The notes below the pieces were generated by a model. That model worked only from the letters and a program-made list of their open reading frames with translations. It was not told the origin of the DNA and searched no databases. Both the position numbers and the translations under genes were made by a program. From a virus (Duplodnaviria; Heunggongvirae; Uroviricota; Caudoviricetes), in the IMG/VR virus record IMGVR_UViG_2724679236_000017: 8,847 bases of DNA. The stretch is one strand, 5' to 3'. Shown here piece after piece: positions 1-6,289 of this stretch. Each line of letters starts with the position of its first letter. Positions within the stretch are counted from its first letter, which is position 1.

Positions 1-171
1 TCAACGGTCCTCCAGTTGCACACGATGAATATGTTTGCGTGGGTATGCGTTTTTATCTGCTGGCGGGTGCTCACACAATGCTTCCAGCTGCCCCTTAGAA
101 CCACCAGACAAATCCTGCAATGCAGCGCGCAGCTTTATGCGGGTATATTCCAACAAATACTCGTTACTCAT
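1..171 (-). CDS. small hypothetical protein (56 aa), distal member of nin-like operon
   Basis: Minus-strand ORF absent from the supplied track (below its size cutoff). ATG is the reverse complement of 169-171 and TGA stop the reverse complement of 1-3. Hand translation: MSNEYLLEYTRIKLRAALQDLSGGSKGQLEALCEHPPADKNAYPRKHIHRVQLEDR. Its ATG overlaps the TGA of the upstream gene (ATGA), the same coupling seen at 461-464. No family recognised. Confidence 0.45.
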   Translation of the reverse strand: MSNEYLLEYTRIKLRAALQDLSGGSKGQLEALCEHPPADKNAYPRKHIHRVQLEDR

Positions 172-464
172 CAGATGAATCCCTCGTTACGCCAGATGGC
201 CAACGTCCTTAAAACGCCCTCTGTGTGCATCAGTAATAAGGAATCACGCTCGTAATCTGTTTTTGTACGTCCGTCGATAGCATCGTGACACGCACTGCAG
301 GCGATAGCACCCTGCATATCGTGTGGTTTGATTGCTGTTCCGCATGTTCCGGCGAGGCGGTAGTGAGCCAGTACACTGGTTTCCGGATTGTGATTACACA
401 CACCGGGGATACGCACAGTACAAGCGCGACCGCGTGCAGCTTTTCTCAGGTCGATTTTTTTCAT
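171..464 (-). CDS. DUF1364 / YbcO-like Cys-rich (putative Zn-binding nuclease-like) lambdoid nin-region protein
   Basis: 97-aa ORF MKKIDLRKAARGRACTVRIPGVCNHNPETSVLAHYRLAG... with Cys at 15, 23, 41, 56, 59 and His residues. Overall sequence recalls the YbcO/DUF1364 family of lambdoid prophages (recognised from memory, not searched). Start overlaps the stop of the upstream gene (ATGA at 461-464). Confidence 0.8.
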   Translation of the reverse strand: MKKIDLRKAARGRACTVRIPGVCNHNPETSVLAHYRLAGTCGTAIKPHDMQGAIACSACHDAIDGRTKTDYERDSLLLMHTEGVLRTLAIWRNEGFI

Positions 465-1057
465 GATGTGTAATCCAGCAGCTGCGCGGCAGCATTTTCA
501 GCGGCCTCCTGAGAGGCAAACGTGCGGAACAAAATATAATTCCACAGCACATCTAAAACGGCTGAATACAGTTGACCGAACTCAAGATCGTCCATCGCTG
601 CAAACGAGATTGAACGAGGTACGCGCATCAAACTGCCGTCTGGCATCTGATGAACGTCATAAAACCCAGCTTCCATAATCGCCCATACGCGAAACGCCTC
701 GAACGACTTCACCGCACTGATATTCCCCGCGCGCTTTTCCGACTCATCGAGAAGATACTGATCAGCCAGCTCTGCCATGACATCACCGTGTCCACCGTAA
801 TACGCCAGTAACTTAACGTAGCCATGGACCAGTTCGCGCTCCGCAGGAGAAATAGCCCCTCCGGACGGATGCCAGTAATCAAAGCCCAGGTTTAGAAGTG
901 AGAAAAATTTACGATGAAACGCGGGATTACGCGCCTGTTTGAAATCTGCATACACAACAGCACCTGGTTTGACTCGTTCAGTCAACCAGCGTTGCGTGTC
1001 TGGTGTCGCGGGTATTAGCGAACCGCCGGATACCCTGATAAATGAATGCTGCGCCAT
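461..1057 (-). CDS. conserved prophage protein, DUF1367-like (function unknown)
   Basis: 198-aa ORF with GGAG Shine-Dalgarno about 6 nt upstream of the ATG on the minus strand. Size and sequence resemble the ~200-aa DUF1367 proteins that typically sit beside DUF1364 in nin regions (family call from memory). Translationally coupled to the downstream gene. Confidence 0.7.
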   Translation of the reverse strand: MAQHSFIRVSGGSLIPATPDTQRWLTERVKPGAVVYADFKQARNPAFHRKFFSLLNLGFDYWHPSGGAISPAERELVHGYVKLLAYYGGHGDVMAELADQYLLDESEKRAGNISAVKSFEAFRVWAIMEAGFYDVHQMPDGSLMRVPRSISFAAMDDLEFGQLYSAVLDVLWNYILFRTFASQEAAENAAAQLLDYTS

Positions 1058-1134
1058 GTTTAACTCCAGGTGGCGCGGCAGTGTTCAGAAAATGGTGCCG
1101 GGTGTTCAATCCAACACCGATATTATACCGTGTT

Positions 1135-1314
1135 TTACGCGTCAGGGGGTGTAATAGTATATCCAGCTATTTCTGCCAACTCGAGAAACGCCATCAGGCT
1201 GGCAATCCGTTCATCATCGGTCAGAACACGCACACCAACGATGTGTCCGTCCTTACGCTTGATAACAGCCCGGCATGTTTCCGGTAGTTCGCCTATAGAT
1301 TCTTGAATATTCAT
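1135..1314 (-). CDS. small hypothetical protein (59 aa)
   Basis: ORF absent from the track, found by hand translation: MNIQESIGELPETCRAVIKRKDGHIVGVRVLTDDERIASLMAFLELAEIAGYTITPPDA. GAGG Shine-Dalgarno lies 6-7 nt upstream of the ATG (reverse complement of 1312-1314). It fills the gap between two same-strand genes. No family recognised. Confidence 0.4.
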   Translation of the reverse strand: MNIQESIGELPETCRAVIKRKDGHIVGVRVLTDDERIASLMAFLELAEIAGYTITPPDA

Positions 1315-1428
1315 GTCTTCCTCTCAATGCTATAACCTGTATATTTATACAGCGTTTTATGGCATTTGTCATAACGCCAGATACAATGAGGAAATAATGA
1401 ACAATTATATTCACGTCGTGAATTTTAT

Positions 1429-1459
1429 TAAACGGTTTTATAGGGGATTAAACCGTTTA
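1429..1459. other. perfect 10-bp inverted repeat TAAACGGTTT-N11-AAACCGTTTA (candidate operator or weak terminator hairpin)
   Basis: Arms at 1429-1438 and 1450-1459 are exact reverse complements. The repeat lies 7 bp downstream of the stop of the 1466..2107 gene in an AT-rich spacer. Flanking U-tracts are weak on both strands, so a terminator role is uncertain. Confidence 0.35.
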
Positions 1460-1465
1460 TGGTCA

Positions 1466-2107
1466 TTATTTATCACTCCTGTAAATTGAAATTAACCATT
1501 TTCTAATCGTCGACGCTGCAGGTGGGTCAGAGTATTTCGCCACAAAAATACCGGATATGTATTGCACACCACGCGATAATGGCGCTGTCGGGTTTTCAGT
1601 AAAAAAACGATCAGCCAGTTCAATGGCTTCGCTTTTTAATCTGTGCTGTGGTCGTCCTCCGCCCTTAGTGCCAAGGTAACGCGCCAGTTGTTTGAAACGG
1701 TAGGCAATGATTAACGGTCGCATCATCATATTGAAAAAATCTCGGGCATCATTGTCAGCGCCTTGCGCTATCAACAGTGCAAAAAACAGATACGGGATTG
1801 TGTACACTTCAGGGGATATACGAATCCGTTCACAGGTTGGTGGAGCCAATTTAATAAGTAAGTCAGCCAGCGAGTTCCCCTTTTCTCCACGTTTGTAATA
1901 GCGATACAGCGGCCCGATATCGAGTTTACTCACATCGATTTCAGGATGCCCGGCAACGGCTGTACGTACCTCTTCTGCCAGAGCGTCAAATATTGCCCCG
2001 GTCCGTTCAAGATAGAGCCTCCGGGTCGAGCCGCGATCATCCAACGCCCGTAACATATCTAACCGGCTAACGAAAGTTTCAGGCCAGTCCTCATAGAAAG
2101 TTTTCAT
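1466..2107 (-). CDS. hypothetical protein (213 aa), first gene of nin-like operon
   Basis: The track gives 1466..2143, but the ATG at 2105-2107 (MKTFYEDWPETFVSRLDMLRAL...) is preceded by a GAGGT Shine-Dalgarno at good spacing, so the shorter start is preferred. No TM segment and no motif I recognise. Confidence 0.65.
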   Translation of the reverse strand: MKTFYEDWPETFVSRLDMLRALDDRGSTRRLYLERTGAIFDALAEEVRTAVAGHPEIDVSKLDIGPLYRYYKRGEKGNSLADLLIKLAPPTCERIRISPEVYTIPYLFFALLIAQGADNDARDFFNMMMRPLIIAYRFKQLARYLGTKGGGRPQHRLKSEAIELADRFFTENPTAPLSRGVQYISGIFVAKYSDPPAASTIRKWLISIYRSDK

Positions 2108-2350
2108 AATTACCTCGAATAATAAAAATTGCATTATTTGCACAATTTATTATTCGTTTTCACGCCGCTGAGTTCTATAAAAAAGAAAAAACCTCCGAGG
2201 CAGGGTTTTGTTATGGCTCGTTAAATCATCATCCAACTTTTTAGACTGAACGGTGATACTTGCAAATATTTGAAAATATGGGCTGGAACCCTATCTTATG
2301 ATGTGCCTGGTAATTTATATTGTTGGGTCTTTATATCATGAGGAATCACT
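2108..2350. promoter_or_regulatory. divergent intergenic/promoter region between the nin-like operon and the HTH-like gene
   Basis: 243-bp AT-rich spacer between divergent gene starts at 2107 (minus) and 2351 (plus). Candidate sigma70 elements for the plus-strand gene: TTGAAA (2270-2275), 16-bp spacer, TATCTT (2292-2297). On the minus strand a GGAGG followed by TTTTTTCTTTTTT (reverse complement of about 2171-2200) resembles the tail of a terminator upstream of the nin genes. Hexamer assignments are by eye. Confidence 0.3.
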
Positions 2351-2584
2351 ATGGGTACGTTAGGCAACCAGCCGTGCAGAAGTCGTTATGAGTTCGATGA
2401 TTTTAATTTAGCCAATCGAGCTGCGGCTCTTACTAAGTTAGCAAAAGAAACTGGTGTATCGGTGGATACCTTAATCAAACTTGAAATTGCTATGCAACTG
2501 AATCGGCTCAACTCCATCCTTATCAAAAACGGTGACAAGATGGACGAGAATCTGGCAGGTATTGGCGAGATACTGCAGAAGTGA
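2351..2584 (+). CDS. small putative helix-turn-helix DNA-binding protein (77 aa)
   Basis: GAGGA Shine-Dalgarno 6 nt upstream of the ATG. The segment AAALTKLAKETGVSVDTLIKLEIA has the spacing and composition of a helix-turn-helix (helix, TG turn, VSxxTLxKLE recognition helix). No family assigned. Confidence 0.5.
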   Translation: MGTLGNQPCRSRYEFDDFNLANRAAALTKLAKETGVSVDTLIKLEIAMQLNRLNSILIKNGDKMDENLAGIGEILQK

Positions 2585-2589
2585 GAGTA

Positions 2590-2607
2590 GCCCCTCTTCT
2601 GAGGGGT
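2590..2607 (+). terminator. weak hairpin after the HTH-like gene (possible intrinsic terminator)
   Basis: GCCCCTC-ttct-GAGGGGT stem (one G/U pair) lies 6 nt after the stop at 2584 and is followed by TGCACATTTAAAATATT. The U-tract is poor, so termination efficiency is doubtful. Confidence 0.25.
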
Positions 2608-2883
2608 TGCACATTTAAAATATTAAGGGCGGTCTTCTTCACGTACACAGTCACCTGGTCGAATCGTTCACGCATACTGAGTACAAAAAATCTCAACGAT
2701 AAGATCAGGTTAGACCTGTATTTTTCAGAAACATATAGACGCCTAAAAAAACACTAAACTCATGATTATCATGTATGTTTTTACTGGAAACATTGAACCA
2801 TCCACAATACAGCGTAAAAAGCAAGCAATTCACAAGATTTTAAAGTGATTTATCTGGAAGACTTTACTACTAACAGTTAATAT

Positions 2884-2928
2884 CGTACCAGAAGTGCAGA
2901 ATTTGCACTTTTACAGGAATGTGGTACG
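2884..2928. promoter_or_regulatory. nested inverted repeats upstream of the peptidase gene (candidate operator)
   Basis: Inner palindrome AAGTGCA-gaatt-TGCACTT (2892-2910) and outer arms CGTACCA (2884-2890) / TGGTACG (2922-2928). The site lies 55-100 bp upstream of the ATG at 2983 and overlaps possible promoter hexamers (TTTACA 2910-2915; TATATT 2941-2946). Confidence 0.4.
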
Positions 2929-2982
2929 GAACATGCTGTCTATATTTCAACCAATAATCGTAATGCAGTAACTGGAGGAGCT

Positions 2983-3471
2983 ATGGCTACCAACCCAAGA
3001 GAGCACGCCCGGCGAGTGCTGGACACGTTCTGGTGCGGGCGTGGTTTCCCTGTTGATCCAGCGAAAATTGCTCACGACATGGGATTAGATGTTTTTATTA
3101 CCGATCTTCCTGGGAAAGTTTCTGGCGCACTGATTAAACAAAAAGATCAAGATCCAGCGATCTTTCTAAACAGTGATGACAACAAAGTTCGTCAACGTTT
3201 TTCATGTGGGCATGAGTTGGGGCATTACATCGCCCGGCAAGCATCGCATAGCGATGAATATGAGTACGTTGATTTACGTGGCGAAACCGCAAGCGCCGGA
3301 ACGCATCCTGATGAAATTTTTGCGAACAAGTTCGCAGCAGAACTTCTGATGCCGGTTGATGAGGTCAGAAAACTGCACGCTGACGGCCAGCCAAGTTATA
3401 TAATGGCGCATTATTTTGGCGTATCTGACGATGCGATGACTTATCGTTTAAAGAACTTGAGGTTGGGGTAA
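2983..3471 (+). CDS. ImmA/IrrE-family (peptidase M78-like) zinc metallopeptidase
   Basis: 162-aa ORF with GGAGG Shine-Dalgarno 4 nt upstream. HEXXH zinc-binding motif (GHELGHY) is encoded at 3211-3225, followed by the ELLMP segment typical of the ImmA/IrrE fold. Protein size is typical of stand-alone ImmA-type peptidase domains. Confidence 0.85.
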   Translation: MATNPREHARRVLDTFWCGRGFPVDPAKIAHDMGLDVFITDLPGKVSGALIKQKDQDPAIFLNSDDNKVRQRFSCGHELGHYIARQASHSDEYEYVDLRGETASAGTHPDEIFANKFAAELLMPVDEVRKLHADGQPSYIMAHYFGVSDDAMTYRLKNLRLG

Positions 3472-3480
3472 CGCTTTAAA

Positions 3481-4086
3481 ATGCCATCGGATGACGATTT
3501 TAACAGCCGTTTCAAACAGGAAGTAGCACGCCGACTGAAGGATTCCCTCAACCTACACCGTCAGTTAGCAGAAGAGGTTGAACCGGAGGATGATGAAACT
3601 CCGGTTCAGTCTCCTGACGAAGCTTCACCTCAGCCAAAGATTTCGCACGCCCCCAAAAAAACGGCTGTCCGTATTCGCGGAATAGCCAGAAAAAGAGCTG
3701 CCGAAGCTCGCAAAATGGCTGTAGCTGCGTCTAGCAAAAGAACTCCAACTGCTACACCCTCTCAACAAGTCACCCGTACTGAGAGTAAAATATTGACCGA
3801 GTTCACATCTGTGAAACAGGTGAATTCACTTGATACCGAGCATGAGCGCAAACAACTCAACAACAAAGATTTTGAAGCAGAAATCGCTCTAAAAAAACGA
3901 TACGGGAAATGGTTCCTGATTATCCTTGCTTGCCAACTTCTGATAATGAATGGTGTATTTATTGCCGACGGCGCAGGTAAGCTGGAATTTGAGGATTTAA
4001 CACTACAGTTGTACATGGGCGGTACTTTGACAGAGGTATTCGGCCTCGTGCTGGTCGTGACAAAATACCTTTTTAAACGCAAGTAA
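3481..4086 (+). CDS. membrane-anchored protein with charged, low-complexity N-terminal region and two C-terminal TM helices
   Basis: 201-aa ORF starting 9 nt after the peptidase stop (operon arrangement). The N-terminal ~130 aa are rich in K/R/E/P/S/T and look disordered. The C-terminus carries two hydrophobic helices (WFLIILACQLLIMNGVFIA and TEVFGLVLVVTKYLF). No recognised family. Confidence 0.7.
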   Translation: MPSDDDFNSRFKQEVARRLKDSLNLHRQLAEEVEPEDDETPVQSPDEASPQPKISHAPKKTAVRIRGIARKRAAEARKMAVAASSKRTPTATPSQQVTRTESKILTEFTSVKQVNSLDTEHERKQLNNKDFEAEIALKKRYGKWFLIILACQLLIMNGVFIADGAGKLEFEDLTLQLYMGGTLTEVFGLVLVVTKYLFKRK

Positions 4087-4335
4087 CTCTCTCAGTCCAA
4101 CAGTCTTTCGAAGGCCTTGATCAAAGGGCCTTGATAAATTAGCAGTGCGTTGAAAACAGATAGTTATTCCCATCAGTTCCAACGTAATACACATCAAAAA
4201 AATCACCATTCTTTTGCTCTAACGTCAACACCTACTCTTAAAAAAATAATTCTCCAAGAATGAGAAAGTTATTGTGTGTATTAGATAAGATATGAGCTGA
4301 CACATCTATGGCGTGGAGCCAAATTTAATATGACA

Positions 4336-4359
4336 GTCCGCTCTGTGCCAGGAGCGGAC
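4336..4359. repeat. half copy (second hairpin only) of the conserved double-hairpin intergenic element
   Basis: GTCCGCTC-TGTGCCAG-GAGCGGAC is a perfect 8-bp stem with the same GTGCCA loop as the second hairpin of copies B, C and D. The upstream hairpin and linker are absent. Confidence 0.6.
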
Positions 4360-4660
4360 GTTGTAAAGTTTATTTGGAGAATAATGGTTAGAAGAACTAT
4401 GTAGATCATAGCCCTCTAAAGTCAGTAGTCTTACACCATATAAATGGTCATTTAGAGATAGTACACCACCTACAAAAAACGAGATAAAGCGTGCAAGCGG
4501 CATGAAGATACATAACTGCACTTGATGTTAGGATGAATACTGACACTCGCTTTGTAAAGATAAAGATGATCTTGAGGATGATTAGTTTATTAATTATCTC
4601 CAATGTTTGTTATTTTGTGATGATAAAGATTCTCTGGATTAATAGGATGGTAATTCAATT

Positions 4661-4688
4661 AAAAGAGACCTTATAGAAGGCCTCTTTT
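4661..4688 (-). terminator. intrinsic terminator for the 4713..5090 gene (possibly bidirectional)
   Basis: On the minus-strand RNA the stem GAGGCC/GGUCUC (one G/U pair) has loop UUCUAUAA and is followed by UUUUAAUUGAAUU, about 25 nt downstream of the stop at 4713. The plus strand forms the same stem followed by TTTT. Confidence 0.5.
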
Positions 4689-4712
4689 AAGTTATGAGAG
4701 CTGATTTTATAT

Positions 4713-5090
4713 TCAATAGAGTATTCTCATCGAAGAAATAACCTCATAAAATGTAAAGACAGCCAGCAAAAAAATACAGATAAAGATAAGGGAAATAGCA
4801 CACTTAACTAAGGACTGAATCCCCCGAGGTGTTCCCCATGGTTTAGACATTTGGGTTATAACCCAAATAAATAAGGCCATAAAACAGCAAACACCAGCCA
4901 ATCCGAGCAGAGATATTATGACAACTCCAAATAGATTTCCAACATCTAGTTTATCTGTTTTTGCAACCAGGGTTAACAAACCAGCAATAATAGTTGCTAT
5001 CGATATTCCCGCAATGGTTGTGAGATCAGCGATAACAGCCAGTTTTTCTTTAGTATTTCCTTGAGTAAAAACCTCTAAAATTGATTTCAT
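4713..5090 (-). CDS. small integral membrane protein (125 aa, about 3 TM helices)
   Basis: AGGTGG Shine-Dalgarno 9 nt upstream of the ATG on the minus strand. Three long hydrophobic segments. A perfect TATAAT (reverse complement of 5113-5118) lies upstream as a candidate -10. The gene has its own terminator. No recognised family. Confidence 0.65.
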   Translation of the reverse strand: MKSILEVFTQGNTKEKLAVIADLTTIAGISIATIIAGLLTLVAKTDKLDVGNLFGVVIISLLGLAGVCCFMALFIWVITQMSKPWGTPRGIQSLVKCAISLIFICIFLLAVFTFYEVISSMRILY

Positions 5091-5203
5091 GGAAAATAAC
5101 CACCTACTATCGATTATATTCAGGAACTTTTTATCATAACGATATCAGATAGATAAGGATATTGTAATATTTTGGATGATTTAAACTTACTTTTGTAACT
5201 CTA

Positions 5204-5271
5204 ATGTCCACTTTTCGCTCACAGCGGACCTTTAGCTCAGTTACCTCGTCCGCTTTGTGCCAGGAGCGGAC
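5204..5271. repeat. conserved double-hairpin intergenic element, copy B (68 bp)
   Basis: ATGTCCACTTTTCGCTCACAGCGGACCTTTAGCTCAGTTACCTCGTCCGCTTTGTGCCAGGAGCGGAC. About 84 percent identical to copy C by hand count. Two hairpins built on GTCCGCT/AGCGGAC arms. Lies between divergent gene starts. Confidence 0.7.
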
Positions 5272-5532
5272 GCTAACCTGATTGACGGGAAATCATATTA
5301 AGTCGGCATAAAAAATTAGAATATCTTTAGTGACTATTACTAATGTGTGTGTATAACTTATGCCTAATTTATCGCTCCGGCTGAGGGAATCTTGCCTCCG
5401 CTGTCACTTTTAGGTATGTTAACAACTATTTTTACAGTGGTTCCGAGTTATGCTATCTAACAGATTACTTGAACCGAGTCCGTTTATCAGTATGGCGTTT
5501 TATATGCTCAGAGTCCATCCAAGGAGTGACTT

Positions 5533-6009
5533 TTGAAATTTGAACAAATCTATAAAAATATTACTGGCCTTAGCTGTCCCATATTCGGGATTCAGTGGAA
5601 TGCTCCAATAATAGAAACTAACGAAGCGAAGAAGATCGTCATTTTTCTTGAGGACAAGCGCGTTCTTTTCAATCCTGTCGACATGGAGGGTGCTAGTCAT
5701 TGCACTTCGAGTGTTATCAACATTAGATCTGAATTGACTAAAGTCCTACAAGGTTTGCCGAGCGATTCACATTTAGCAAAACAATTAAGGAAAATGAGAA
5801 AAGCATGCCAAGAATTCTGTGACAGCGTTGGCTCCCCTCACTTTATCCAACTTGATCATCCTGTTCAAATATCCATACTTGAGCGAGCCCTTTTTAAACT
5901 GCGACAAAAGTGTGGTAACTCTCTGGCAGAAATAGCGGTTACCTATGGTCTTGATGTTGATGACGGATTGGCCAGTATTATCCCTTTTAATAATCCCAGT
6001 AACATATAG
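5533..6009 (+). CDS. hypothetical protein (158 aa), TTG start
   Basis: Consensus AAGGAG Shine-Dalgarno at 5521-5526, 6 nt before the TTG at 5533. No TM segments and no recognised motif. The gene sits alone between two repeat copies. Confidence 0.6.
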   Translation: MKFEQIYKNITGLSCPIFGIQWNAPIIETNEAKKIVIFLEDKRVLFNPVDMEGASHCTSSVINIRSELTKVLQGLPSDSHLAKQLRKMRKACQEFCDSVGSPHFIQLDHPVQISILERALFKLRQKCGNSLAEIAVTYGLDVDDGLASIIPFNNPSNI

Positions 6010-6102
6010 CAATGACTATGAATTTGCTTGCTGGATTAATTATCATGCAACCGACAGTTTTGGGTCGGAAGCGGTTAGCAAATTAGTCATTAGTGAGTCG
6101 TT

Positions 6103-6170
6103 ATGTCCGTTCATCGCTCACAGCGGACCTTCAGCTCAGGTAACTTGTCCGCTTCGTGCCAAAAGCGGAC
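6103..6170. repeat. conserved double-hairpin intergenic element, copy C (68 bp)
   Basis: ATGTCCGTTCATCGCTCACAGCGGACCTTCAGCTCAGGTAACTTGTCCGCTTCGTGCCAAAAGCGGAC. Lies between convergent gene ends (6009 plus, 6290 minus). Confidence 0.7.
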
Positions 6171-6232
6171 ATGTCAAAGCGCAGAGTGAATGGCTAAGTC
6201 TAGCTCATTAAAAATGTTCACTTCATGAAAAT

Positions 6233-6268
6233 GGCTGCAGCAAGAATCTATCTCACTGCGGCCTCTTT
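6233..6268. terminator. bidirectional intrinsic terminator between convergent genes
   Basis: GGCTGCAG-N15-CTGCGGCC stem (8 bp with one G/U pair on plus, one C/A mismatch on minus). Followed by TCTTTACAAT on the plus strand and AUUUUCAU on the minus strand, about 25 nt beyond the stop of the 6290..7045 gene. Confidence 0.45.
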
Positions 6269-6289
6269 ACAATAACGAAATTTTGCAAG

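Noticed and set aside
16-1306. Plus-strand track ORFs 16..255, 285..473, 463..678, 939..1154, 1042..1287 and 1070..1306
   Set aside because: All lie antisense to the better-supported minus-strand nin-like genes, lack Shine-Dalgarno sequences and have no recognisable features; treated as frame noise.
1707-1898. Plus-strand 63-aa ORF inside the 1466..2107 gene
   Set aside because: Antisense to a longer ORF with a good ribosome-binding site; no supporting signal.
2108-2143. Upstream in-frame ATG (track start 2143) for the 1466.. gene
   Set aside because: The ATG at 2105-2107 has a GAGGT Shine-Dalgarno at proper spacing; the extension adds 12 residues without a ribosome-binding site.
3762-4209. 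Minus-strand ORFs 3762..4082 and 4003..4209
   Set aside because: They overlap, antisense, the well-supported membrane-protein gene and its downstream spacer; no ribosome-binding site.
4306-4521. Minus-strand 71-aa ORF spanning repeat copy A
   Set aside because: It reads through the hairpin repeat and AT-rich spacer and has no ribosome-binding site; more likely non-coding.
5230-5250. tRNA or tRNA fragment in repeat linkers (TAGCTCAGTT resembles a D-arm)
   Set aside because: No matching D-stem partner, anticodon arm, T-arm (no GGTTCGAAT-like box) or acceptor/CCA context; the similarity is limited to about 10 nt.
5500-6211. ORFs 5500..5700 (minus), 5785..6012 (minus) and 5945..6211 (plus)
   Set aside because: The first two are antisense to the 158-aa gene; the third is translated straight through repeat copy C. 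None has a ribosome-binding site.
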